DNA from: Eledone cirrhosa
Taxonomy: Eukaryota
NCBI GenBank assembly: GCA_964016885.1
Contig: OZ024746.1
Span: forward strand, 24,862,001-24,926,000
DNA: 64,000 bases
Direction: 5' to 3'
Shown here: positions 1 to 15,000 of the stretch, one piece after another
How positions within the stretch are numbered: position 1 is the stretch's first letter
Layout: the number at the start of each line of letters is the position of its first letter
The notes under the pieces: generated by a model
Told to the model about the DNA's origin: nothing
What the model saw: only the letters and a program-made list of their open reading frames with translations
The model's database searches: none
Position numbers and translations under genes: made by a program

Positions 1-3000
1 GTCATGTTATATAGACAGGTCAGGCTATTGATGTAGGTGTTGGTTATCATGTTATATAGACAGGTCAGGCTATTGATGTAGGTGTTGGTTATCATGTTAT
101 ATAGACAGGTCAGGCTATTGATGTAGGTGTTGGTTGTCATGTTATATAGACAGGTGAGGCTATTGATGTAGGTGTTGGTTGTCATGTTATATAGACAGGT
201 CAGGCTATTGATGTAGGTGTTGGTTGTCATATTATATAGACAGGTCAGGCTATTGATGTAGGTGTTGGTTGTCATGTTATATAGACAGGTCAGGCTATTG
301 ATGTAGGTGTTGGTTGCCATGTTATATAGACAGGTCAGGCTATTGATGTAGGTGTTGGTTGTCATGTTATATAGACAGGTCAGGCTATTGATGTAGGTGT
401 TGGTTGTCATATTATATAGACAGGTGAGGCTATTGATGTAGGTGTTGGTTGTCATGTTATATAGACAGGTGAGGCTATTGATGTAGGTGTTGGTTAGCAT
501 GTTATATAGACAGGTCAGGCTATTGATGTAGGTGTTGGTTGCCATGTTATATAGACAGGTCAAGCTATTGATGTAGGTGTTGGTTGTCATGTTATATAGA
601 CAGGTCAGGTTATTGATGTAGGTGTTGGTTGTCATGTTATATAGACAGGTCAGGTTATTGATGTAGGTGTTGGTTGTCATGTTATATAGACAGGTCAGGC
701 TATTGATGTAGGTGTTGGTTAGCATGTTATATAGACAGGTCAGGCTATTGATGTAGGTGTTGGTTGTCATGTTATATAGACAGGTCAGGCTATTGATGTA
801 GGTGTTGGTTGTCATGTTATATAGAGAGGTGAGGCTATTGATGTAGGTGTTGGTTAGCATGTTATATAGACAGGTCAGGCTATTGATGTAGGTGTTGGTT
901 AGCATGTTATATAGACAGGTCAGGCTATTGATGTAGGTGTTGGTTGTCATGTTATATAGACAGGTCAGGCTATTGATGTAGGTGTTGGTTGTCATGTTAT
1001 ATAGACAGGTGAGGCTATTGATGTAGGTGTTGGTTGTCATGTTATATAGACAGGTCAGGCTATTGATGTAGGTGTTGGTTAGCATGTTATATAGACAGGT
1101 CAGGCTATTGATGTAGGTGTTGGTTGTCATGTTATATAGACAGGTCAGGCTATTGATGTAGGTGTTGGTTAGCATGTTATATAGATAGGTCAGGCTATTG
1201 ATGTAGGTGTTGGTTAGCATGTTATATAGACAGGTCAGGCTATTGATGTAGGTGTTGGTTGTCATGTTATATAGACAGGTCAGGCTATTGATGTAGGTGT
1301 TGGTTGTCATGTTATATAGACAGGTCAGGCTATTGATGTAGGTGTTGGTTAGCATGTTATATAGACAGGTGAGGCTATTGATGTAGGTGTTGGTTGTCAT
1401 GTTATATAGACAGGTCAGGCTATTGATGTAGGTGTTGGTTGTCATGTTATATAGACAGGTGAGGCTATTGATGTAGGTGTTGGTTGTCATGATATATAGA
1501 CAGGTCAGGCTATTGATGTAGGTGTTGGTTGTCATGTTATATAGACAGGTCAGGCTATTGATGTAGGTGTTGGTTGTCATGTTATATAGACAGGTCAGGC
1601 TATTGATGTAGGTGTTGGTTGTCATGATATATAGACAGGTCAGGCTATTGATGTAGGTGTTGGTTGTCATGTTATATAGACAGGTCAGGCTATTGATGTA
1701 GGTGTTGGTTGTCATGTTATATAGACAGGTCAGGCTATTGATGTAGGTGTTGGTTGTCATGTTATATAGACAGGTCAGGCTATTGATGTAGGTGTTGGTT
1801 GTCATGTTATATAGACAGGTCAGGCTATTGATGTAGGTGTTGGTTGTCATGATATATAGACAGGTCAGGCTATTGATATAGGTGTTGGTTGTCATGTTAT
1901 ATAGACAGGTCAGGCTATTGATGTAGGTGTTGGTTGTCATGTTATATAGACAGGTCAGGCTATTGATGTAGGTGTTGGTTGTCATGTTATATAGACAGGT
2001 CAGGCTATTGATGTATGTGTTGGTTGTCATGATATATAGACAGGGCAGGCTATTGATGGAGGTGTTGGTTGTCATGTTATATAGACAGGTCAGGTTATTG
2101 ATGTAGGTGTTGGTTGTCATGTTATATAGACAGGTCAGGCTATTAATGTAGGTGTTAGTTGTCATGTTATATAGACAGGTCAGGCTATTGATGTAGGTGT
2201 TGGTTATCATGTTATATAGACAGGTCAGGCTATTGATGTAGGTGTTGGTTATCATGTTATATAGACAGGTCAGGTTATTGATGTAGGTGTTGGTTGTCAT
2301 GTTATATAGACAGGTCAGGCTATTAATGTAGGTGTTAGTTGTCATGTTATATAGACAGGTCAGGCTATTGATGTAGGTGTTGGTTGTCATGTTATATAGA
2401 CAGGTGAGGCTATTGATGTAGGTGTTGGTTGTCATATTATATAGACAGGTCAGGCTATTGATGTAGGTGTTGGTTATCATGTTATATAGACAGGTCAGGC
2501 TATTGATGTAGGTGTTGGTTGTCATGTTATATAGACAGGTCAGGCTATTGATGTAGGTGTTGGTTGTCATGTTATATAGACAGGTGAGGCTATTGATGTA
2601 GGTGTTAGTTGTCATGTTATATAGACAGGTCAGGCTATTGATGTAGGTGTTGGTTGTCATGTTATATAGACAGGTCAAGCTATTGATGTAGGTGTTAGTT
2701 GTCATGTTATATAGACAGGTCAGGCTATTGATGTAGGTGTTGGTTATGATGTTATATAGACAGGTCAAGCTATTGATGTAGGTGTTAGTTGTCATGTTAT
2801 ATAGACAGGTCAGGCTATTGATGTAGGTGTTAGTTGTCATGTTATATAGACAGGTCAGGCTATTGATGTAGGTGTTGGTTGTCATGATATATAGACAGGT
2901 CAGGCTATTGATGTAGGTGTTGGTTGTCATGTTATATAGACAGGTCAGGCTATTGATGTAGGTGTTGGTTGTCATGTTATATAGACAGGTCAGGCTATTG

Positions 3001-6000
3001 ATGTAGGTGTTGGTTGTCATGATATATAGACAGGTCAGGCTATTGATGTAGGTGTTAGTTGTCATGTTATATAGACAGGTCAGGCTATTGATGTAGGTGT
3101 TGGTTGTCATGATATATAGACGGGTCAGGCTATTGATGTAGGTGTTGGTTGTCATGTTATATAGACAGGTCAGGCTATTGATGTAGGTGTTGGTTGTCAT
3201 GTTATATAGACAGGTCAGGCTATTGATGTAGGTGTTAGTTGTCATGTTATATAGACAGGTCAGGCTATTGATGTAGGTGTTGGTTGTCATGTTATATAGA
3301 CAGGTCAGGCTATTGATGTAGGTGTTGGTTGTCATGTTATATAGACAGGTCAGGCTATTGATGTAGGTGTTGGTTGTCATGTTATATAGACAGGTCAGGC
3401 TATTGATGTAGGTGTTGGTTGTCATGTTATATAGACAGGTCAGGCTATTGATGTAGGTGTTGGTTGTCATGTTATATAGACAGGTCAGGCTATTGATGTA
3501 TGTGTTGGTTGTCATGATATATAGACAGGGCAGGCTATTGATGGAGGTGTTGGTTGTCATGTTATATAGACAGGTCAGGTTATTGATGTAGGTGTTGGTT
3601 GTCATGTTATATAGACAGGTCAGGCTATTAATGTAGGTGTTAGTTGTCATGTTATATAGACAGGTCAGGCTATTGATGTAGGTGTTGGTTATCATGTTAT
3701 ATAGACAGGTCAGGCTATTGATGTAGGTGTTGGTTATCATGTTATATAGACAGGTCAGGTTATTGATGTAGGTGTTGGTTGTCATGTTATATAGACAGGT
3801 CAGGCTATTGATGTAGGTGTTGGTTATCATGTTATATAGACAGGTCAGGCTATTGATGTAGGTGTTGGTTGTCATGTTATATAGACAGGTCAGGCTATTG
3901 ATGTAGGTGTTGGTTGTCATGTTATATAGACAGGTCAGGCTATTGATGTAGGTGTTGGTTGTCATGTTATATAGACAGGTCAGGCTATTGATGTAGGTGT
4001 TGGTTGTCATGTTATATAGACAGGTGAGGCTATTGATGTAGGTGTTGGTTGTCATGTTATATAGACAGGTCAGGCTATTGATGTAGGTGTTGGTTGTCAT
4101 GTTATATAGACAGGTGAGGCTATTGATGTAGGTGTTGGTTGTCATGTTATATAGACAGGTCAGGTTATTGATGTAGGTGTTGGTTGTCATGTTATATAGA
4201 CAGGTCAGGTTATTGATGTAGGTGTTGGTTGCCATGTTATATAGACAGGTCAGGCTATTAATGTAGGTGTTAGTTGTCATGTTATATAGACAGGTCAAGC
4301 TATTGATATAGGTGTTAGTTGTCATGTTATATAGACAGGTCAAGCTATTGATGTAGGTGTTGGTTGCCATGTTATATAGACAGGTCAGGCTATTGATGTA
4401 GGTGTTGGTTGTCATGTTATATAGACAGGTCAGGCTATTGATGTAGGTGTTGGTTGTCATGTTATATAGACAGGTCAGGCTATTGATGTAGGTGTTGGTT
4501 GTCATGTTATATAGACAGGTGAGGCTATTGATGTAGGTGTTGGTTGTCATATTATATAGACAGGTCAGGCTATTGATGTAGGTGTTGGTTATCATGTTAT
4601 ATAGACAGGTCAGGCTATTGATGTAGGTGTTGGTTGTCATGTTATATAGACAGGTCAGGCTATTGATGTAGGTGTTGGTTGTCATGTTATATAGACAGGT
4701 GAGGCTATTGATGTAGGTGTTAGTTGTCATGTTATATAGACAGGTCAGGCTATTGATGTAGGTGTTGGTTGTCATGTTATATAGACAGGTCAAGCTATTG
4801 ATGTAGGTGTTAGTTGTCATGTTATATAGACAGGTCAGGCTATTGATGTAGGTGTTGGTTATGATGTTATATAGACAGGTCAAGCTATTGATGTAGGTGT
4901 TAGTTGTCATGTTATATAGACAGGTCAGGCTATTGATGTAGGTGTTAGTTGTCATGTTATATAGACAGGTCAGGCTATTGATGTAGGTGTTGGTTGTCAT
5001 GATATATAGACAGGTCAGGCTATTGATGTAGGTGTTGGTTGTCATGTTATATAGACAGGTCAGGCTATTGATGTAGGTGTTGGTTGTCATGTTATATAGA
5101 CAGGTCAGGCTATTGATGTAGGTGTTGGTTGTCATGATATATAGACAGGTCAGGCTATTGATGTAGGTGTTAGTTGTCATGTTATATAGACAGGTCAGGC
5201 TATTGATGTAGGTGTTGGTTGTCATGATATATAGACAGGTCAGGCTATTGATGTAGGTGTTGGTTGTCATGTTATATAGACAGGTCAGGCTATTGATGTA
5301 GGTGTTGGTTATCATGTTATATAGACAGGTCAGGCTATTGATGTAGGTGTTGGTTGTCATGTTATATAGACAGGTCAGGCTATTGATGTAGGTGTTGGTT
5401 ATCATGTTATATAGACAGGTCAGGCTATTGATGTAGGTGTTGGTTGTCATGTTATATAGACAGGTGAGGCTATTGATGTAGGTGTTGGTTGTCATGTTAT
5501 ATAGACAGGTCAGGCTATTGATGTAGGTGTTGGTTATCATGTTATATAGACAGGTGAGGCTATTGATGTAGGTGTTGGTTGTCATGTTATATAGACAGGT
5601 CAGGCTATTGATGTAGGTGTTGGTTGTCATGTTATATAGACAGGTCAGGTTATTGATGTAGGTGTTGGTTGTCATGTTATATAGACAGGTCAGGTTATTG
5701 ATGTAGGTGTTGGTTGTCATGTTATATAGACAGGTCAGGCTATTGATGTAGGTGTTGGTTAGCATGTTATATAGACAGGTCAGGCTATTGATGTAGGTGT
5801 TGGTTGTCATGTTATATAGACAGGTCAGGCTATTGATGTAGGTGTTGGTTGTCATGTTATATAGAGAGGTGAGGCTATTGATGTAGGTGTTGGTTAGCAT
5901 GTTATATAGACAGGTCAGGCTATTGATGTAGGTGTTGGTTAGCATGTTATATAGACAGGTCAGGCTATTGATGTAGGTGTTGGTTGTCATGTTATATAGA

Positions 6001-9000
6001 CAGGTCAGGCTATTGATGTAGGTGTTGGTTGTCATGTTATATAGACAGGTGAGGCTATTGATGTAGGTGTTGGTTGTCATGTTATATAGACAGGTCAGGC
6101 TATTGATGTAGGTGTTGGTTAGCATGTTATATAGACAGGTCAGGCTATTGATGTGGGTGTTGGTTGTCATGTTATATAGATAGGTCAGGCTATTGATGTA
6201 GGTGTTGGTTAGCATGTTATATAGATAGGTCAGGCTATTGATGTAGGTGTTGGTTAGCATGTTATATAGACAGGTCAGGCTATTGATGTAGGTGTTGGTT
6301 AGCATGTTATATAGACAGGTGAGGCTATTGATGTAGGTGTTGGTTGTCATGTTATATAGACAGGTCAGGCTATTGATGTAGGTGTTGGTTGTCATGTTAT
6401 ATAGACAGGTGAGGCTATTGATGTAGGTGTTGGTTGTCATGATATATAGACAGGTCAGGCTATTGATGTAGGTGTTGGTTGTCATGTTATATAGACAGGT
6501 CAGGCTATTGATGTAGGTGTTAGTTGTCATGTTATATAGACAGGTCAGGCTATTGATGTAGGTGTTGGTTGTCATGATATATAGACAGGTCAGGCTATTG
6601 ATGTAGGTGTTGGTTGTCTTGTTATATAGACAGGTCAGGCTATTGATGTAGGTGTTGGTTGTCATGTTATATAGACAGGTCAGGCTATTGATGTAGGTGT
6701 TGGTTGTCATGTTATATAGACAGGTCAGGCTATTGATGTAGGTGTTGGTTGTCATGTTATATAGACAGGTCAGGCTATTGATGTAGGTGTTGGTTGTCAT
6801 GTTTAGACAGGTCAGGCTATTGATGTATGTGTTGGTTGTCATGATATATAGACAGGTCAGGCTATTGATGTAGGTGTTGGTTGTCATGTTATATAGACAG
6901 GTCAGGTTATTGATGTAGGTGTTGGTTGTCATGTTATATAGACAGGTCAGGCTATTAGTGTAGGTGTTAGTTGTCATGTTATATAGACAGGTCAAGCTAT
7001 TGATGTAGGTGTTGGTTATCATGTTATATAGACAGGTCAGGCTATTGATGTAGGTGTTGGTTATCATGTTATATAGACAGGTCAGGCTATTGATGTAGGT
7101 GTTGGTTATCATGTTATATAGACAGGTCAGGCTATTGATGTAGGTGTTGGTTGTCATGTTATATAGACAGGTCAGGCTATTGATGTAGGTGTTGGTTGTC
7201 ATGTTATATAGACAGGTGAGGCTATTGATGTAGGTGTTGGTTGTCATGTTATATAGACAGGTCAGGCTATTGATGTAGGTGTTGGTTGTCATGTTATATA
7301 GACAGGTGAGGCTATTGATGTAGGTGTTGGTTGTCATGTTATATAGACAGGTCAGGTTATTGATGTAGGTGTTGGTTGTCATGTTATATAGACAGGTCAG
7401 GTTATTGATGTAGGTGTTGGTTGCCATGTTATATAGACAGGTCAGGCTATTGATGTAGGTGTTAGTTGTCATGTTATATAGACAGGTCAAGCTATTGATG
7501 TAGGTGTTAGTTGTCATGTTATATAGACAGGTCAAGCTATTGATGTAGGTGTTGGTTGCCATGTTATATAGACAGGTCAGGCTATTGATGTAGGTGTTGG
7601 TTGTCATGTTATATAGACAGGTCAGGCTATTGATGTAGGTGTTGGTTGTCATGATATAAAGACAGGTCAAGCTATTGATGTAGGTGTTGGTTGCCATGTT
7701 ATATAGACAGGTCAGGCTATTGATGTAGGTGTTGGTTGCCATGTTATATAGACAGGTCAGGCTATTGATGTAGGTGTTGGTTGCCATGTTATATAGACAG
7801 ATCAGGCTATTGATGTAGGTGTTGGTTGTCATGATATATAGACAGGTCAGGCTATTGATGTAGGTGTTGGTTGTCATATTATATAGACAGGTCAGGCTAT
7901 TGATGTAGGTGTTGGTTGTCATGTTATATAGACAGGTGAGGCTATTGATGTAGGTGTTGGTTGTCATGTTATATAGACAGGTCAGGCTATTGATGTAGGT
8001 GTTGGTTGTCATGTTATATAGACAGGTCAGGCTATTGATGTAGGTGTTGGTTGTCATGTTATATAGACAGGTCAGGCTATTGATGTAGGTGTTGGTTGTC
8101 ATGTTATATAGACAGGTCAGGCTATTGATGTAGGTGTTAGTTGTCATGTTATATAGACAGGTCAGGCTATTGATGTAGGTGTTGGTTGTCATGATATATA
8201 GACAAGTCAGGCTATTGATGTAGGTGTTGGTTGTCATGTTATATAGACAGGTCAGGCTATTGATGTAGGTGTTGGTTGTCATGTTATATAGACAGGTCAG
8301 GCTATTGATGTAGGTGTTGGTTGTCATGTTATATAGACAGGTCAGGCTATTGATGTAGGTGTTGGTTGTCATGTTATATAGACAGGTCAGGCTATTGATG
8401 TAGGTGTTGGTTGTCATGATATATAGACAGGTCAGGCTATTGATGTAGGTGTTGGTTGTCATGTTATATAGACAGGTCAGGCTATTGATGTAGGTGTTGG
8501 TTGTCATGTTATATAGACAGGTCAGGCTATTGATGTAGGTGTTGGTTGTCATGTTATATAGACAGGTCAGGCTATTGATGTAGGTGTTGGTTGTCATGTT
8601 ATATAGACAGGTCAGGCTATTGATGTAGGTGTTGGTTGTCATGTTATATAGACAGGTCAGGCTATTGATGTAGGTGTTGGTTGTCATGTTATATAGACAG
8701 GTCAGGCTATTGATGTAGGTGTTGGTTGTCATGTTATATAGACAGGTCAGGCTATTGATGTAGGTGTTGGTTGTCATGTTATATAGACAGGTCAGGCTAT
8801 TGATGTAGGTGTTAGTTGTCATGTTATATAGACAGGTCAGGCTATTGATGTAGGTGTTGGTTGTCATGTTATATAGACAGGTCAGGCTATTGATGTAGGT
8901 GTTGGTTGTCATGTTATATAGACAGGTCAGGCTATTGATGTAGGTGTTGGTTGTCATGTTATATAGACAGGTCAGGCTATTGATGTAGGTGTTGGTTGTC

Positions 9001-12000
9001 ATGATATATAGACAGGTCAGGCTATTGATGTAGGTGTTGGTTGTCATGTTATATAGACAGGTCAGGCTATTGATGTAGGTGTTGGTTGTCATGTTATATA
9101 GACAGGTCAGGCTATTGATGTAGGTGTTGGTTGTCATGTTATATAGACAGGTCAGGCTATTGATGTAGGTGTTGGTTGTCATGTTATATAGACAGGTCAG
9201 GCTATTGATGTAGGTGTTGGTTGTCATGTTATATAGACAGGTCAGGCTATTGATGTAGGTGTTGGTTGTCATGTTATATAGACAGGTCAGGCTATTGATG
9301 TAGGTGTTGGTTGTCATGTTATATAGACAGGTCAGGCTATTGATGTAGGTGTTGGTTGTCATGTTATATAGACAGGTCAGGCTATTGATGTAGGTGTTAG
9401 TTGTCATGTTATATAGACAGGTCAGGCTATTGATGTAGGTGTTGGTTGTCATGATATATAGACAGGTCAGGCTATTGATGTAGGTGTTGGTTGTCATGTT
9501 ATATAGACAGGTCAGGCTATTGATGTAGGTGTTGGTTGTCATGTTATATAGACAGGTCAGGCTATTGATGTAGGTGTTGGTTGTCATGATATATAGACAG
9601 GTCAGGCTATTGATGTAGGTGTTGGTTGTCATGTTATATAGACAGGTCAGGCTATTGATGTAGGTGTTGGTTGTCATGTTATATAGACAGGTCAGGCTAT
9701 TGATGTAGGTGTTGGTTGTCATGTTATATAGACAGGTCAGGCTATTGATGTAGGTGTTGGTTGTCATGTTATATAGACAGGTCAGGCTATTGATGTAGGT
9801 GTTAGTTGTCATGTTATATAGACAGGTCAGGCTATTGATGTAGGTGTTGGTTGTCATGATATATAGACAGGTCAGGCTATTGATGTAGGTGTTGGTTGTC
9901 ATGTTATATAGACAGGTCAGACTATTGATGTAGGTGTTGGTTGTCATGTTATATAGACAGGTCAGGCTATTGATGTAGCTGTTGGTTGTCATGATATATA
10001 GACAGGTCAGGCTATTGATGTAGGTGTTGGTTGTCATGTTATATAGACAGGTCAGGCTATTGATGTAGGTGTTGGTTGTCATGTTATATAGACAGGTCAG
10101 GCTATTGATAGGTGTTGGTTGTCATGTTATATAGACAGGTCAGGCTATTGATATATGTGTTGGTTGTCATGATATATAGACAGGTCAGACTATTGATGTA
10201 GGTGTTGGTTGTCATGTTATATAGACAGGTCAGGTTATTGATGTAGGTGTTGGTTGTCATGTTATATAGACAGGTCAGGCTATTGATGTAGGTGTTGGTT
10301 ATCATGTTATATAGACAGGTCAGGCTATTGATGTAGGTGTTGGTTGTCATGTTATATAGACAGGTCAGGCTATTGATGTAGGTGTTGGTTGTCATGTTAT
10401 ATAGACAGGTGAGGCTATTGATGTAGGTGTTGGTGGTCATGTTATATAGACAGGTCAGGTTATTGATGTAGGTATTGGTTGTCATGTTATATAGACAGGT
10501 CAGATTATTGATGTAGGTGTTGGTTGCCATGTTATATAGACAGGTCAGGCTATTGATGTAGGTGTTAGTTGTCATGTTATATAGACAGGTCAAGCTATTG
10601 ATGTAGGTGTTAGTTGTCATGTTATATAGACAGGTCAAGCTATTGATGTAGGTGTTGGTTGCCATGTTATATAGACAGGTCAGGCTATTGATGTAGGTGT
10701 TGGTTGTCATGTTATATAGACAGGTCAGGCTATTGATGTAGGTGTTGGTTGTCATGATATATAGACAGGTCAGGCTATTGATGTAGGTGTTGGTTGCCAT
10801 GTTATATAGACAGGTCAGGCTATTGATGTAGGTGTTAGTTGTCATGTTATATAGACAGGTCAGGTTATTGATGTAGGTGTTGGTTGCCATGTTATATAGA
10901 CAGGTCAGGCTATTGATGTAGGTGTTAGTTGTCATGTTATATAGACAGGTCAGGCTATTGATGTAGGTGTTGGTTGCCATGTTATATAGACAGGTCAGGC
11001 TATTGATGTAGGTGTTGGTTGTCATGTTATATAGACAGGTCAGGCTATTGATGTAGGTGTTGGTTGTCATGTTATATAGACAGGTCAGGCTATTGATGTA
11101 GGTGCTGGTTGTCATGTTATATAGACAGATGAGGCTATTGATGTAGGTGTTGGTTGTCATGTTATATAGACAGGTCAGGCTATTGATGTAGGTGTTGGTT
11201 GCCATGTTATATAGACAGGTGAGGCTATTGCTGTAGGTGTTGGTTGCCATGTTATATAAACAGATCAGGCTATTGATGTAGGTGTTGGTTGCCATGTTAT
11301 ATAGACAGGTCAGGCTATTGATGTAGGTGTTGGTTGCCATGTTATATAAACAGATCAGGCTATTGATGTAGGTGTTGGTTGTCATGATATATAGACAGGT
11401 CAGGCTATTGATGTAGGTGTTGGTTGTCATGTTATATAGACAGGTCAGGCTATTGATGTAGGTGTTGGTTGTCATGATATATAGACAGGTCAGGCTATTG
11501 ATGTAGGTGTTGGTTGTCATGTTATATAGACAGGTCAGGCTATTGATGTAGGTGTTGGTTGTCATGTTATATAGACAGGTCAGGCTATTGATGTAGGTGT
11601 TGGTTGTCATGTTATATAGACAGGTCAGGCTATTGATGTAGGTGTTGGTTGTCATGTTATATAGACAGGTCAGGCTATTGATGTAGGTGTTGGTTGTCAT
11701 GTTATATAGACAGGTCAGGCTATTGATGTAGGTGTTGGTTGTCATGTTATATAGACAGGTCAGGCTATTGATGTAGGTGTTGGTTGTCATGTTATATAGA
11801 CAGGTCAGGCTATTGATGTAGGTGTTGGTTGTCATGTTATATAGACAGGTCAGGCTATTGATGTAGGTGTTAGTTGTCATGTTATATAGACAGGTCAGGC
11901 TATTGATGTAGGTGTTGGTTGTCATGTTATATAGACAGGTCAGGCTATTGATGTAGGTGTTGGTTGTCATGTTATATAGACAGGTCAGGCTATTGATGTA

Positions 12001-15000
12001 GGTGTTGGTTGTCATGTTATATAGACAGGTCAGGCTATTGATGTAGGTGTTGGTTGTCATGATATATAGACAGGTCAGGCTATTGATGTAGGTGTTGGTT
12101 GTCATGTTATATAGACAGGTCAGGCTATTGATGTAGGTGTTGGTTGTCATGTTATATAGACAGGTCAGGCTATTGATGTAGGTGTTGGTTGTCATGTTAT
12201 ATAGACAGGTCAGGCTATTGATGTAGGTGTTGGTTGTCATGTTATATAGACAGGTCAGGCTATTGATGTAGGTGTTGGTTGTCATGTTATATAGACAGGT
12301 CAGGCTATTGATGTAGGTGTTGGTTGTCATGTTATATAGACAGGTCAGGCTATTGATGTAGGTGTTGGTTGTCATGTTATATAGACAGGTCAGGCTATTG
12401 ATGTAGGTGTTGGTTGTCATGTTATATAGACAGGTCAGGCTATTGATGTAGGTGTTAGTTGTCATGTTATATAGACAGGTCAGGCTATTGATGTAGGTGT
12501 TGGTTGTCATGATATATAGACAGGTCAGGCTATTGATGTAGGTGTTGGTTGTCATGTTATATAGACAGGTCAGGCTATTGATGTAGGTGTTGGTTGTCAT
12601 GTTATATAGACAGGTCAGGCTATTGATGTAGGTGTTGGTTGTCATGATATATAGACAGGTCAGGCTATTGATGTAGGTGTTGGTTGTCATGTTATATAGA
12701 CAGGTCAGGCTATTGATGTAGGTGTTGGTTGTCATGTTATATAGACAGGTCAGGCTATTGATGTAGGTGTTGGTTGTCATGTTATATAGACAGGTCAGGC
12801 TATTGATGTAGGTGTTGGTTGTCATGTTATATAGACAGGTCAGGCTATTGATGTAGGTGTTAGTTGTCATGTTATATAGACAGGTCAGGCTATTGATGTA
12901 GGTGTTGGTTGTCATGATATATAGACAGGTCAGGCTATTGATGTAGGTGTTGGTTGTCATGTTATATAGACAGGTCAGACTATTGATGTAGGTGTTGGTT
13001 GTCATGTTATATAGACAGGTCAGGCTATTGATGTAGCTGTTGGTTGTCATGATATATAGACAGGTCAGGCTATTGATGTAGGTGTTGGTTGTCATGTTAT
13101 ATAGACAGGTCAGGCTATTGATGTAGGTGTTGGTTGTCATGTTATATAGACAGGTCAGGCTATTGATAGGTGTTGGTTGTCATGTTATATAGACAGGTCA
13201 GGCTATTGATATATGTGTTGGTTGTCATGATATATAGACAGGTCAGACTATTGATGTAGGTGTTGGTTGTCATGTTATATAGACAGGTCAGGTTATTGAT
13301 GTAGGTGTTGGTTGTCATGTTATATAGACAGGTCAGGCTATTGATGTAGGTGTTGGTTATCATGTTATATAGACAGGTCAGGCTATTGATGTAGGTGTTG
13401 GTTGTCATGTTATATAGACAGGTCAGGCTATTGATGTAGGTGTTGGTTGTCATGTTATATAGACAGGTGAGGCTATTGATGTAGGTGTTGGTGGTCATGT
13501 TATATAGACAGGTCAGGTTATTGATGTAGGTATTGGTTGTCATGTTATATAGACAGGTCAGATTATTGATGTAGGTGTTGGTTGCCATGTTATATAGACA
13601 GGTCAGGCTATTGATGTAGGTGTTAGTTGTCATGTTATATAGACAGGTCAAGCTATTGATGTAGGTGTTAGTTGTCATGTTATATAGACAGGTCAAGCTA
13701 TTGATGTAGGTGTTGGTTGCCATGTTATATAGACAGGTCAGGCTATTGATGTAGGTGTTGGTTGTCATGTTATATAGACAGGTCAGGCTATTGATGTAGG
13801 TGTTGGTTGTCATGATATATAGACAGGTCAGGCTATTGATGTAGGTGTTGGTTGCCATGTTATATAGACAGGTCAGGCTATTGATGTAGGTGTTAGTTGT
13901 CATGTTATATAGACAGGTCAGGTTATTGATGTAGGTGTTGGTTGCCATGTTATATAGACAGGTCAGGCTATTGATGTAGGTGTTAGTTGTCATGTTATAT
14001 AGACAGGTCAGGCTATTGATGTAGGTGTTGGTTGCCATGTTATATAGACAGGTCAGGCTATTGATGTAGGTGTTGGTTGTCATGTTATATAGACAGGTCA
14101 GGCTATTGATGTAGGTGTTGGTTGTCATGTTATATAGACAGGTCAGGCTATTGATGTAGGTGCTGGTTGTCATGTTATATAGACAGATGAGGCTATTGAT
14201 GTAGGTGTTGGTTGTCATGTTATATAGACAGGTCAGGCTATTGATGTAGGTGTTGGTTGCCATGTTATATAGACAGGTGAGGCTATTGCTGTAGGTGTTG
14301 GTTGCCATGTTATATAAACAGATCAGGCTATTGATGTAGGTGTTGGTTGCCATGTTATATAGACAGGTCAGGCTATTGATGTAGGTGTTGGTTGCCATGT
14401 TATATAAACAGATCAGGCTATTGATGTAGGTGTTGGTTGTCATGATATATAGACAGGTCAGGCTATTGATGTAGGTGTTGGTTGTCATGTTATATAGACA
14501 GGTCAGGCTATTGATGTAGGTGTTGGTTGTCATGTTATATAGACAGGTCAGGCTATTGATGTAGGTGTTGGTTGTCATGTTATATAGACAGGTCAGGCTA
14601 TTGATGTAGGTGTTGGTTGTCATGTTATATAGACAGGTCAGGCTATTGATGTAGGTGTTGGTTGTCATGTTATATAGACAGGTCAGGCTATTGATGTAGG
14701 TGTTGGTTGTCATGTTATATAGACAGATGAGGCTATTGATGTAGGTGTTGGTTGTCATGTTATATAGACAGGTGAGGCTATTGATGTAGGTGTTGGTTGC
14801 CATGTTATATAGACAGGTGAGGCTATTGATGTAGGTGTTGGTTGCCATGTTATATAAACAGATCAGGCTATTGATGTAGGTGTTGGTTGCCATGTTATAT
14901 AGACAGGTCAGGCTATTGATGTAGGTGTTGGTTGCCATGTTATATAAACAGATCAGGCTATTGATGTAGGTGTTGGTTGTCATGATATATAGACAGGTCA

